From an uncultured Planctomycetia bacterium (GTDB lineage: Bacteria > Omnitrophota > Gorgyraeia > Duberdicusellales > 4484-171): a stretch of 64,000 nt of DNA. The notes beneath the pieces are model-generated. The model ran no database searches. It was not told the DNA's origin and was given only the letters and a program-made list of their open reading frames with translations. Positions within the stretch are counted from its first letter, which is position 1, and each line of letters starts with the position of its first letter. The stretch spans positions 14,936 through 78,935 of the forward strand of contig CAZWON010000002.1 in assembly GCA_964635565.1 (NCBI GenBank). The letters run 5' to 3'. Shown one piece after another: positions 27,161 to 37,041 of the stretch. Position numbers and translations under genes: made by a program.

Positions 27161-28083
27161 TCAGAAATAGATATATATTCTTTATTTAGTCCCCGGTAAA
27201 TCTCTATCTTTTTAGGCTCAAGCTTTTTAGGCTCAAGGGGTTTTACCTCTACCTGGGGCAAAGTAGAATTTATATACTGAAAAAGAGTATCCCATCCTGC
27301 AGGAGGAAGAGGTTTTACTTTTGCATCGGCAGGAGAACGTAAAACCAGACGAATTCTTCCCTGTTCAACAACAAAAGACAATAAACTTGCCTCTTGAGGA
27401 GAAAGTGCCAAGGTAATCAAAGGATTTTTTTCTTCTTTTGTACTTCTTTGTTTTAACCGCAAACTCCATAAACCAGTCTTTCCTTTTTCTTTTTTTTCTA
27501 ATAACTTTTCTCCTACAGCTAAAACTAAAACTTTCTGAAAAAGGGGTATAGTAGTATTAGTAGTCTTAGTCCCTTCAGGAGTTTTAACAGGTAAAGGTAA
27601 AAGAGCAATAACATCAACATAGTCTCCTGGTTTAATCATTCCTACCAAACCACTTATATTATCCACACTAACCGTAATTGCTCTTTTACCTACAGGTGTT
27701 GCCATTGCCAAAGATTCCCCCCTTGCCATCGTGGGAGACATCAGTTTACTTAAAGTAATCTGTTCTCCCTTGTTTATAGCAACAACTGTTTTCATACCAA
27801 TTATTCTGTCTGCGGAAGTTACAGATTTAGGCTGGATATATTCATTAGGAATTACTTTCGTCTCAATCATACTCTGTACAATTTCTGCTCCGGCGGGTAT
27901 ATCTTTTTTAGCGACAATCACTGAGTTTAAATTTTTATATCTTTCCATAAATGTCTTCTTTAAATTATTATACATTTTATTCCTTTCTTCTTTTATATAA
28001 GTATTTATAAGAATAATTGCGCCTATACTTAAGATGATCCCTCCGCTTAAACTTAACATCTTTTTAGATATTCTTGGCCCCAT
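27157..28083 (-). CDS. cpaB: Flp pilus assembly protein CpaB/RcpC
   Basis: SAF domain (VAKKDIPAG), GKRAITVSVD, GMIKPGDYVDV, VLVLAVG, LVLRS. Confidence 0.92.
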   Translation of the reverse strand: MGPRISKKMLSLSGGIILSIGAIILINTYIKEERNKMYNNLKKTFMERYKNLNSVIVAKKDIPAGAEIVQSMIETKVIPNEYIQPKSVTSADRIIGMKTVVAINKGEQITLSKLMSPTMARGESLAMATPVGKRAITVSVDNISGLVGMIKPGDYVDVIALLPLPVKTPEGTKTTNTTIPLFQKVLVLAVGEKLLEKKEKGKTGLWSLRLKQRSTKEEKNPLITLALSPQEASLLSFVVEQGRIRLVLRSPADAKVKPLPPAGWDTLFQYINSTLPQVEVKPLEPKKLEPKKIEIYRGLNKEYISISE

Positions 28084-28125
28084 TAAACCTCGCCTTTGTT
28101 TCAAAAAGGAATATGTTAAGATATA

Positions 28126-29040
28126 TTACTGAATCTTATCTTCCATTATCTCTATTTTAGCATTTCTTGATAAATTACCCACAAGGTCATCTATTCTTTT
28201 CTGCTGTTTTATAAATGTCAAACCTCTCTTTATATCATCCCACATCTCGGAGAGAGTTTTTTGTTTTCCTCCTTTTTTACCCTCTACAGTAATAATATAA
28301 TACCCATCTGGCCCTTTAAATACACTGCTTATCCCCCCTACACTCAAAGCATCGGAAAAAGCTATCTCATCAAATTCTTTAAATTTTGTGCCTGGCTTAA
28401 TGAAGCCTAAATCCCCTCCTTTCTCAGCAGTAGGTGCCTTAGAGTACTGGCGGGCTAAAGAAGCAAAGTCCTCACCTTGCAATAACCTGATTAATAAATC
28501 TTTTGCTTGAGATTCACTAATAACTACTATTTCTCTTATCTTTCTTTCTTCTGGCTCTTTTAAATTTTCTTTAGCAACATTGTAATAATCCTTAATTTCT
28601 TGAGGAGTAACGTTTACTTTATCTGTTTCCTCCTTAACTAACTGGTAGACAAGCAGTTGCTGTTTAGTATTCTCCAATGCTTTTATCACCTCAGGATTCC
28701 TATCCAAACCTCTATCCAAGGCTTCTTGATAAAGAAGAATGCGCTTTATAACTTCATTTTTTAAATAATCTAATTTTTTTTCTCGTGTAGTTATTTTAAG
28801 CTCAGGTTTATCCTCAGGGACTGCATTATTATAACGGTCTATTTCCTCCTCTAAATCTTCTAAAGTAATGGGATAACCATTTACCTTAGCAATAACTGTT
28901 CCTGTAACAGGAAGTTTGGAAGTAAAGGGCTCTTTTTTGGACTCTGAGGCAGGTTTTTTACTGAATTTTAATTTATCACAGCTCACAAGAAAAAAACTAA
29001 TACAGACAATTAATCCTATTATAAAACTCCTCCCTTTCAT
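28126..29040 (-). CDS. Parvulin-type peptidyl-prolyl isomerase lipoprotein (PrsA/SurA-like)
   Basis: Lipobox LVSC; IAKVNG; GEDFASLARQYS...KGGDLGF. Confidence 0.88.
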   Translation of the reverse strand: MKGRSFIIGLIVCISFFLVSCDKLKFSKKPASESKKEPFTSKLPVTGTVIAKVNGYPITLEDLEEEIDRYNNAVPEDKPELKITTREKKLDYLKNEVIKRILLYQEALDRGLDRNPEVIKALENTKQQLLVYQLVKEETDKVNVTPQEIKDYYNVAKENLKEPEERKIREIVVISESQAKDLLIRLLQGEDFASLARQYSKAPTAEKGGDLGFIKPGTKFKEFDEIAFSDALSVGGISSVFKGPDGYYIITVEGKKGGKQKTLSEMWDDIKRGLTFIKQQKRIDDLVGNLSRNAKIEIMEDKIQ

Positions 29041-29187
29041 CTTGCCTCCTTTGGTTAATTAATTACAATTAAAAGAAATATCTATAAATTTAATACCATA
29101 ATATAGGGGAGTTTGCAAGGAAAAAATATTCAAAAAATAAGAAACTAAGAGGATATATTACGCGTAAGATATATTAAAATAAAAAAA

Positions 29188-29262
29188 CAGCCCCAACCGG
29201 ATTTGAACCGGTGCCTCGTGGCTGAGAACCACGCATCCTCAACCAGACTAGACGATGGGGCC
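29188..29262 (-). tRNA. tRNA-Glu (CTC)
   Basis: Cloverleaf with anticodon stem CGTGG-TTCTCAG-CCACG and T-arm ACCGG-TTCAAAT-CCGGT. Confidence 0.93.
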
Positions 29263-29455
29263 ACCATAACTATTCCCTATAGCTTATCGAGGTATTATAT
29301 TATTCTATTTGTCTTCTGAAATATGTCAAACATAAATGTACAGCAGTTTGCCTCCCCAAAATTGATATAGCCTCTAAATAAATCTGTATTCTAAGCACTT
29401 AATTCTAAAAGAAAAATTTTCAACTTTCAATTTCTAATTTTTATTAAATTATCAA

Positions 29456-29665
29456 TGAGACAATTTTTAATAGAAAGTGTAAAGCGAAAAGTGTAAAGTG
29501 CAAAACGCAAAGTTTAAAGTGAAAAGTTATAGGGAGTGCAAAGCGAAAAACTAAAAACAAACAAATTTAAAAATAAGAACTTTAAGTTTTGCGCTTTTCG
29601 CTTTGAGTTTTTAGTTTTACACTTTGCGTTTTGAGTTTTGAGTTTTTTCAAATATTATTGTCTCA
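29456..29665. repeat. Inverted array of degenerate heptamers bounded by a TGAGACAAT/ATTGTCTCA inverted repeat
   Basis: Left arm AAAGTGT AAAGCGA AAAGTGT AAAGTGC AAAACGC AAAGTTT AAAGTGA; right arm TTTAAGT TTTGCGC TTTTCGC TTTGAGT TTTTAGT TTTACAC TTTGCGT TTTGAGT. Confidence 0.85.
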
Positions 29666-29982
29666 AGTATATTCTGGAAGTATATCCTCCCCTTCCTTTA
29701 CTAATACCTCAACTTTTTAGACACGGTCGTGGCTGAAAAGCTAAGGTATGTTCTGTTACTATTATTATGGTTTGGTTTGAATAGTTTTAATATCTAATAA
29801 GTTTTTTACAATATCTAAAATCTTTTGTTGAAGCTAGTGGTGTTTACTTCTCCGCCAAAATAATTGTGAGAGTAAAACAAAAAGTTAACCCTTTCCTTTC
29901 TCCCCTCTACTTTATCTCTTTCCTGACAGCCCTAAACAAAATTGTTTGATTTTTTAACTATTTCTGATAATATTAATAATAA

Positions 29983-31251
29983 ATGAAAAAAAAGCTTCTT
30001 TTTTTATTCTTCCTCTTTCCCTATCTTTGCTTGGCCCAAAAAATAGAAATTGCTACTATTAAAAACTATATAATCAATCCTGTAACGAGTGAATATATTA
30101 TAAGATGCTTAAAAAAAGCAGAAGAAGAAAAAGCCATATTTATTCTACAATTAGATACGCCAGGGGGACTACTGAAATCTACAGAAAAAATTGTAAAATC
30201 ATTTCTTAATTCTTCTGCTCCCGTTGTTACTTATATAACCCCCAGCGGTGGACGCGCTGCAAGCGCAGGTGTCTTTATAAGTTATGCTTCTCATATAATC
30301 GCTATGAGTCCAGCAACTCACATTGGAGCAGCCCATCCTATAATTGGAGGAGGTAGCTGGGGTAAGTTAAGTAAAGAAATGAAAGATAAAATTCTGAATG
30401 ACACTGTAACATGGGCAAAAACCATTGCTGAAAAAAGAAAACGGCCTATAAACTTTATTAAAAATGCTATAAAAAAAAGTATCTCTGTTACGGACAAAGA
30501 AGCAGTAAAACAAAAAATATGTGATATTGTTGCCTTGGATTTAAATGATTTAGTCAAAAAACTTAACGGAAAAACTGTAGTCACCAAAAAAGGTAAAATT
30601 ACCCTTAAAACATCTAAAACCAACATAGAAAAGATTCCTTTTAAACTTCGCGAAAGGGTATTAAATGCCATTATCGATCCTAATATTGCTTATCTTCTTT
30701 TTACCCTTGGTTTTTTGGGGTTAATTTTTGAAATAACTCATCCCGGCTTTGGTTTTCCGGGAATTGCAGGAACTATATGTCTTCTGCTTTCCTTTTATGC
30801 TTTCAGTATTCTTCCTCTAAATTATGCGGGATTAGCGTTGATAATCTTAGGAATTATTTTCCTTATCGTAGAAACCTTTACCCCCACTTTTGGGATGTTT
30901 ACTCTGGGGGGGATAATTGCTCTTTTCTTTGGGTCAATGATGCTTTTTAATCAACCACTTCTTTTAAAAGTATCTTTTAAAGTTTTTCTTCCTTTAATAA
31001 TATTTTTTTCTGTAGTTGTTCTTTTTATTGTAAGTAAAGCAGCCTCTATCTACCGCCGGAAATCAAAAACAGGAAAGGATGGCTTAACAGGAGAAGAAGG
31101 TATAGCTTTAACAGATATATACAGAAAGGGGAAAGTAAGTATCCATGGAGAAATATGGAACGCCTATTCTGACACCAAAATATCTAAAAATGCAGAAGTT
31201 ATAGTAGAAAAAATTAAAGGTCTTTTGCTTAAAGTAAAAGAAAGGAGGTAA
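29983..31251 (+). CDS. nfeD: NfeD (long form) membrane-bound serine protease
   Basis: [18 protein letters not shown]; TM bundle; C-terminal [14 protein letters not shown]-fold. Confidence 0.93.
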   Translation: MKKKLLFLFFLFPYLCLAQKIEIATIKNYIINPVTSEYIIRCLKKAEEEKAIFILQLDTPGGLLKSTEKIVKSFLNSSAPVVTYITPSGGRAASAGVFISYASHIIAMSPATHIGAAHPIIGGGSWGKLSKEMKDKILNDTVTWAKTIAEKRKRPINFIKNAIKKSISVTDKEAVKQKICDIVALDLNDLVKKLNGKTVVTKKGKITLKTSKTNIEKIPFKLRERVLNAIIDPNIAYLLFTLGFLGLIFEITHPGFGFPGIAGTICLLLSFYAFSILPLNYAGLALIILGIIFLIVETFTPTFGMFTLGGIIALFFGSMMLFNQPLLLKVSFKVFLPLIIFFSVVVLFIVSKAASIYRRKSKTGKDGLTGEEGIALTDIYRKGKVSIHGEIWNAYSDTKISKNAEVIVEKIKGLLLKVKERR

Positions 31252-31252
31252 T

Positions 31253-31999
31253 ATGAGTTTATTTACTATTATAATCCTTATCATTATGTATCTTTTTCAA
31301 TGTATAAAAATAATCCAGGAATATGAAAGGGCAGTAATCTTTCGGTTAGGAAGGGTTCTATCTGAACCAAAAGGGCCGGGTATATTCTTTATTCTCTGGC
31401 CTATAGATAAGATGGTTAAACTTTCTCTTCGCACCATAACTCTGGATGTCCCCCCTCAAGATATTATAACTAAAGACAATGTCTCAGTGAAAGTAAATGC
31501 TGTCGTCTATTATAGAGTCCTGGATCCTATAAAAGCAGTTATTGAAATAGAAAACTACAACTTTGCTACTTCTCAAATTTCTCAAACAACTTTGCGAAGT
31601 GTAATTGGACAGGTAGAACTTGACGAACTCCTTTCCAATCGAGAAAAAATTAATTCTGCTTTACAGGAAATAATTGATAAACAGACCGACCCCTGGGGAA
31701 TAAAAGTTTCTATGGTAGAAATAAAGCATGTCGACCTTCCTGAAGAAATGCGTCGGGCAATGGCACGCCAAGCAGAGGCTGAGAGGGAAAGACGGGCAAA
31801 AGTTATCGCTGCTGAAGGAGAACAGCAAGCAGCAGGAAAATTAAGAGAAGCAGCAGAAACCATTGCTAAACATCCCATGGCTTTACAAATGCGTTATCTG
31901 CAAACATTAGTAGAAGTATCTTCAGAAAAATCTTCTATTTTAATTGTACCTGTACCTATTGATTTGTTTAAAGTTTTTATGGAAAAAAATAAATCTTAA
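31253..31999 (+). CDS. Stomatin/SPFH (slipin) protein
   Basis: [45 protein letters not shown]; canonical partner of nfeD. Confidence 0.95.
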   Translation: MSLFTIIILIIMYLFQCIKIIQEYERAVIFRLGRVLSEPKGPGIFFILWPIDKMVKLSLRTITLDVPPQDIITKDNVSVKVNAVVYYRVLDPIKAVIEIENYNFATSQISQTTLRSVIGQVELDELLSNREKINSALQEIIDKQTDPWGIKVSMVEIKHVDLPEEMRRAMARQAEAERERRAKVIAAEGEQQAAGKLREAAETIAKHPMALQMRYLQTLVEVSSEKSSILIVPVPIDLFKVFMEKNKS

Positions 32000-32025
32000 G
32001 CTAATTCTTCAAAATTAGCCTCCCT

Positions 32026-33177
32026 ATGGGAAAAGAAAAACTTGCTATAGCATTTAGTCAGAATTATGACACGGACAGTGCTATAAAAATGATTTCAAGA
32101 AACATAAAATCTTCTCTTGGCACTCAACCAATTTCTTTAGCTCTATTGTTCTTTACTCCTCGATATCAACCAATGTTCATAAAGGAAACATTAAGTATTA
32201 CATTAAAATCAGAGAATATCTTTGCTATCCAATCTCCCCTTCTTATCTTCCAGAATAAAATAATCAAAAGAGGGATTGTCTGTTGTTGTTTAACCAAAAA
32301 TAACATTTCTGTAAAAAGCTCCTTTATCAAGAAAACAGATGTTACAGATGTTGAGTTTCTTTTTAAGAAAAATATTATCTCTCTTAAAGAAAAACAGCGC
32401 TTCCTTATTTCCTCTTTAGGGCCCCAAATTAATGTTTATAATTACCTAAGGGGGTTATCGCTGGCTGTAGGGAGGAATTTCAATGTTTTTGGTGCGGGGT
32501 TTTTAAAAAAATACGGGATAAAAAACTTCTTAGTAGTAAATAATACAATTGAAGAAGGACTGGGGAGTATAATTCTGGGAGGGAAATTTAATATTGATAA
32601 TATAAAGGTTGGAGGATTTATCCCTTTAGGAAAAAAATTTACTATAACAAAGGTTGCTTTAGAAAAAAACAGAATTATCGAAATAGATAAAAAACCTGCA
32701 GGTTTAATATATAAGAAATATCTTGGAGATAAATTTGATTTATTTAAAAAAACATCGATGTGTTCTTTTTATCCTATAGGCATAAAGAATAATGGAAATT
32801 ACAATTTAATTCATATTATTGATATTCTACGAGATGACTCTCTCTTTTGTATAGGTAATATAAAGGAAAAAACGGAAGCTCATATTATGATAGCTACACA
32901 GGAGACTTTACTAAAAGAAGTAAAAAATGCAGTGCGCTACATAAAAAATGATTTTGATTATGACGTTGCTATCATCTTCAATTCTTTAGCAAGAAGAAAA
33001 ATATTAAAAAATAATGCTGATAAAGAAATACAAAATTTAAAAGGAATTCTTGGAGAGAAAACAAAAGTAATTGGCCTGTACTGTGATTATCAGATTTTTC
33101 CCAGTGATTATATAAAAGAATTCACTATAGGAAACTATTTCCTTAGTATGATATTATTAAAATATGGGGATTATTAA
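32026..33177 (+). CDS. FIST-domain sensory protein (divergent)
   Basis: GFIPLG...ITK...NRIIEIDKKPA...YPIG...SLARRKIL...IGLY FIST_C-like pattern. Confidence 0.75.
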   Translation: MGKEKLAIAFSQNYDTDSAIKMISRNIKSSLGTQPISLALLFFTPRYQPMFIKETLSITLKSENIFAIQSPLLIFQNKIIKRGIVCCCLTKNNISVKSSFIKKTDVTDVEFLFKKNIISLKEKQRFLISSLGPQINVYNYLRGLSLAVGRNFNVFGAGFLKKYGIKNFLVVNNTIEEGLGSIILGGKFNIDNIKVGGFIPLGKKFTITKVALEKNRIIEIDKKPAGLIYKKYLGDKFDLFKKTSMCSFYPIGIKNNGNYNLIHIIDILRDDSLFCIGNIKEKTEAHIMIATQETLLKEVKNAVRYIKNDFDYDVAIIFNSLARRKILKNNADKEIQNLKGILGEKTKVIGLYCDYQIFPSDYIKEFTIGNYFLSMILLKYGDY

Positions 33178-34642
33178 ACTTATTTTACAATTAAATCCTT
33201 ATATACTATTAGGATGTGCTCTGGGTATAATAATTTTTCTTGTTTTTTATTTACTCTCAAAATTACAAAAAATAAAATTATTGAACGACAATATTTCACA
33301 GCTCTATAGAGAACTACAAGAATTAGATAACCAAGCAAAACTCATTATTCAAAGTGATATGGAGTTAAAGCTTTATCAAGAAGATGTAGAAGATAAGTTA
33401 AAAAAATTAACACTCCTTCGAACATTAATAAGTTCCTCTATTAGCATTCTTGATGAAGAAGAACTTTTTTCTAAAATTGATGAAGAATTAATTAATAACC
33501 TGGGATTCAAAAAATCTCTCCTTATTTTATACCCCACTAAAGAGACAAAACTCAATATAAATTTTACCTCCTCTCAAATAGAGGGGTTTAAAGATTTAAT
33601 AACTCATTCTTTTGAGTTAATAAAAACTTCCTCTGTAACTTCATATAAAACATTCGTCCACAAAGAAGAATTAAAAGAGTCCTTGGGGGAAATCGTAAAT
33701 CAAGATTTTCTCCTTGCACCTATCCGAATGGGAAAAAATATATATGGAATATTTATTCTTGCTAATTGTATTCTCCCCCGGGGGGTAACTGCAGCGGAAG
33801 AAGAAATCTTTTACATTATATGTATGTATTTAGGTCAGTGTCTTGACAATATAAAGCTATTTGAATCGCTTTATAAAGCAAGTGAAGAACTTGAAAGTAA
33901 AGTAAAAGAAAAGACATTTCAGCTTAAAAAAAGCTTAGACGAAATAAAAGCAATTAGCAAATTGAAGTCAGAATTTATTTCCGGCGTATCCCATGAATTG
34001 CGAACGCCTCTTACCTCTATAAAAGGATTTTCTAGTCTTTTGGTAGCAGAAAAATTTGGCACGCTTCCTGAAGAAGCAAAAGAAAGACTGAAAAAAATAG
34101 ACACCAATGTAGATAAATTAGTTAATATGGTAAATACACTTTTAGATATTTCGAGGATAGAATCTAAAAAGGTAGAAATAAAAATTACTCCTACTAATAT
34201 CGTCAAAATCATAAAAGATGTAAAAGACTTCTTTATGCCTCAAGTAAATAGTAAGAATATAAACCTTGTTCTTAATACCCCTAATTATCTTGATGTTTAT
34301 GCTGATAATAATCTTATTGAAAGAGTATTTATAAATATAATCAATAATGCTATAAAATTTACTCCCCAAGGAGGAACAATTACTGTAGGATGTACCCCAA
34401 AAGACACTCATGCTTTAATATCTGTAAGCGATACAGGTTGTGGTATGACAAAAGTTGACTGTGAAAAAATATTCCAAGAATTTTACCGGGCAGATAATGC
34501 TTTGAATAAAAAAGTTCAGGGTACAGGACTGGGTCTTTCTCTAGTAAAAAAAATAATAGATACTCACGGAGAAAATATATGGGTAGAATCAGAACTCAAT
34601 AAAGGAACTACTTTTTACTTCACCCTAAAATTAGTAAAGTAA
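33164..34642 (+). CDS. Sensor histidine kinase (TM, GAF-like, HisKA, HATPase)
   Basis: SHELRTPLTSI, NIINNAIKFT, DTGCG, GTGLGL. Confidence 0.95.
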   Translation: MGIIKLILQLNPYILLGCALGIIIFLVFYLLSKLQKIKLLNDNISQLYRELQELDNQAKLIIQSDMELKLYQEDVEDKLKKLTLLRTLISSSISILDEEELFSKIDEELINNLGFKKSLLILYPTKETKLNINFTSSQIEGFKDLITHSFELIKTSSVTSYKTFVHKEELKESLGEIVNQDFLLAPIRMGKNIYGIFILANCILPRGVTAAEEEIFYIICMYLGQCLDNIKLFESLYKASEELESKVKEKTFQLKKSLDEIKAISKLKSEFISGVSHELRTPLTSIKGFSSLLVAEKFGTLPEEAKERLKKIDTNVDKLVNMVNTLLDISRIESKKVEIKITPTNIVKIIKDVKDFFMPQVNSKNINLVLNTPNYLDVYADNNLIERVFINIINNAIKFTPQGGTITVGCTPKDTHALISVSDTGCGMTKVDCEKIFQEFYRADNALNKKVQGTGLGLSLVKKIIDTHGENIWVESELNKGTTFYFTLKLVK

Positions 34643-34653
34643 ATTGCACAAAT

Positions 34654-35583
34654 ATGGATAAAATAAAAATATTAGCTGTTGATGATGATCCAGATATTCT
34701 TGAGCTTTTAGAAATTACTTTAGAAGAGGATTTTGAAGTAATAAAAGCCTCTACAGGAAAAGAGGCGCTTGATAAAATAGAAAAAGAAAAACCCAATATT
34801 CTGATTTTGGACTATATGCTTCCTGATATAACTGGAGTAAAACTATGTCAACAGCTTAGAAGTAATCCTTTATTTTTACACCTTCCTATTTTAATGCTTA
34901 CAGGAAAAGGAGAAGTAGAAGATAAGGTGGCTGGTCTTGGTGCAGGTGCAGACGATTATATGGTAAAACCTTTCTCTCCCCCTGAATTAACCGCGCGCAT
35001 TCAGATGCTTATAAGACGTTCTACAATTAGCTTAGATGCCAACCCTTTAACTCGCCTACCTGGCAATGTCTCTATAAACAATGAATTAACTAAACGTCTC
35101 AAAAATAAAGAAAAATTTGCTGTACTTTATATTGACCTCGATAATTTTAAGGCTTTAAATGATTATTATGGTTTTGAACGAGGAGATGAGGTTATTAAAG
35201 AAACGTCTCAAATAATAATCAAGAGCGTGCAAAAAGAAGGGACAGTAAATGACTTTATTGGACATGTAGGGGGGGACGACTTTGTTATCATTACTTCACC
35301 ATCCTATGGAGAAAAAATTGCTAAAATGATAATAAATAACTTTGATAAAATTGTACCGCAGTTCTATGATGAAAAAGACAGAATAAAAGGGTATATTGAG
35401 ACTGCGGATAGAAGTGGCTTTCAGAGAAAATTCCCTTTTGTTACTATTTCTATTGGCATTATAACTAATCTTTCTAAAAAATTTACTCATATTGCAGAAA
35501 TAAGCTCTATAGGGGCGGAATTAAAGGAAGCAGCAAAAAGAATACCCCACAGTAATTATGTTATAGACCGTAGAACTTCATGA
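34654..35583 (+). CDS. Response regulator with GGDEF-family domain (REC-GGDDF)
   Basis: REC domain (VDDD, LDYMLP, KPF); DLDNFKALNDYYG...GD, HVGGDDF, TISIG. Confidence 0.92.
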   Translation: MDKIKILAVDDDPDILELLEITLEEDFEVIKASTGKEALDKIEKEKPNILILDYMLPDITGVKLCQQLRSNPLFLHLPILMLTGKGEVEDKVAGLGAGADDYMVKPFSPPELTARIQMLIRRSTISLDANPLTRLPGNVSINNELTKRLKNKEKFAVLYIDLDNFKALNDYYGFERGDEVIKETSQIIIKSVQKEGTVNDFIGHVGGDDFVIITSPSYGEKIAKMIINNFDKIVPQFYDEKDRIKGYIETADRSGFQRKFPFVTISIGIITNLSKKFTHIAEISSIGAELKEAAKRIPHSNYVIDRRTS

Positions 35584-35939
35584 AATACGCGATACAATCC
35601 TCAGCTTAAAAAGTCACCAAGATACAAGAACATATTTATTAGCATGTATTTCTTAGCAAGGAGTCAATAAATCGAGAGTCAATAAGCCTTTGATTAAATA
35701 TTGTGTAAAAAAAGCCTCTTCCCTTAATCCGATACATCAATATTTTGAACACGGTCGTGGATTAAAAGTTGATGCTTATTTAGGATGGATATTTAACTAT
35801 TTCTTTTTATTTTCTTTTTTTATTTCCTCTTTTATTTCCTCTTTAAGTGTGTTTTTCTCTAAGTGTGTTTTTTACTAAACTTCTTGAATCTAATCATAAG
35901 AAAATGCTAGCTATACCCTAATCACTACGCTCTATACCT

Positions 35940-36431
35940 TCAAGAAGAATACTTTTCTAAATCATTAAAATTATAATAAACATCAAACTCAGAAATATCC
36001 TCATCTTCTAAGGAAAGCTCCATTTCTACCTGAAGAATTTCCATACTTAAGTTTGAAGTAGGCGTCTTTTTATACTTTACTGTTGGTAAAAGCAGTAAAA
36101 AAATAATTATCCCTGCAATAACAGAAGCAACCTTATAACGGAAAATAATTCCATACCATAGACCATTAAAAAAATACCCTACTTTCTCTCTCAAATTTTC
36201 TCCTTTCTCATCTGTAAGCCTCGCTCTTACTGCTTTTATTAGAGCTTCGATTTCTAAAGAAGAAATTTCTTTTTTTTGTATTTTTAATGTAGAGAAAAAC
36301 TTCTTGCTCTCTTCATATAGCCTAAAACAACGCCCACATTCCTTTAAATGATTTTCTATTTCTCTTTTTTGTTTTTCTGCTATTTCCCCATAGCAAAAAA
36401 GAACCATTTCTTTCTTAGATATACAGCGCAT
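35940..36431 (-). CDS. Zinc-finger (ZAS/zf-HC2) membrane anti-sigma factor
   Basis: HLKECGRC motif plus one TM helix; overlaps the ECF sigma gene. Confidence 0.85.
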   Translation of the reverse strand: MRCISKKEMVLFCYGEIAEKQKREIENHLKECGRCFRLYEESKKFFSTLKIQKKEISSLEIEALIKAVRARLTDEKGENLREKVGYFFNGLWYGIIFRYKVASVIAGIIIFLLLLPTVKYKKTPTSNLSMEILQVEMELSLEDEDISEFDVYYNFNDLEKYSS

Positions 36432-36978
36432 TTTTACCTCCTATAATTTTTTTCAAATTTTCTACAGCTCGGTAAAGATAGGTTTTTACACTGCTTTCTG
36501 AACACCCTAAAACTTTGCTTATTTCGTTTATCTTAAGCCCCTCAAAATGTTTAAAGATAATTACTTCTTTTTGCCGAGAAGGAAGTCTTTCTAATGCTTC
36601 CTCAATAAGCACTTTTTTATCCCTTCTTACAATTTCATCTTTTATGTTTTGAGTAGCTTTTCTATCTTTAGTTATACCTTCTTTAAAAGAAATAACCTTT
36701 CTTTTACGACGGATAAAATCTATAGATGTGTTAATCACTATACGGTAAATCCACGTCGAAATATTTGCTTCTTGTCGGAACCCTTTTAACTTTCTGTAAA
36801 GCTTAATAAGTACTTCCTGAGCAATGTCCTTCGCATCTTCAATATTGCCTACATAATAGCAGGCAATATTTACCACATCAGAAGCAATGAGGCGGACAAG
36901 AGAATCGAAACTATTCTCTTTTCCACCGAGGAACTTTTCTACACACTGTCTAATTTCTCCTTCTTTATGGGCAAGCAT
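36415..36978 (-). CDS. ECF RNA polymerase sigma factor
   Basis: DAKDIAQEVL, STWIYRIVINTSID, region 4 EISKVLGCSESSVKTYLYRA. Confidence 0.93.
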   Translation of the reverse strand: MLAHKEGEIRQCVEKFLGGKENSFDSLVRLIASDVVNIACYYVGNIEDAKDIAQEVLIKLYRKLKGFRQEANISTWIYRIVINTSIDFIRRKRKVISFKEGITKDRKATQNIKDEIVRRDKKVLIEEALERLPSRQKEVIIFKHFEGLKINEISKVLGCSESSVKTYLYRAVENLKKIIGGKNALYI

Positions 36979-37041
36979 TTCTCTAAATTCCTCTCAAAGA
37001 ACATACTTAAACTGTCTACAATTTTTCATTATCACCTTCCT

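Noticed and set aside
13316-29262. Tad locus as a genomic island integrated at tRNA-Glu
   Set aside because: No integrase and no duplicated tRNA-Glu 3' end seen in the window.
29456-29665. CRISPR array
   Set aside because: Degenerate 7-mers in inverted arrangement, no repeat-spacer structure, no cas genes.
35690-35878. 62-aa plus-strand ORF and short tandem duplications (TTTATTTCCTCT x2, AAGTGTGTTTTT x2)
   Set aside because: Low-complexity sequence between convergent genes; no coding signal.
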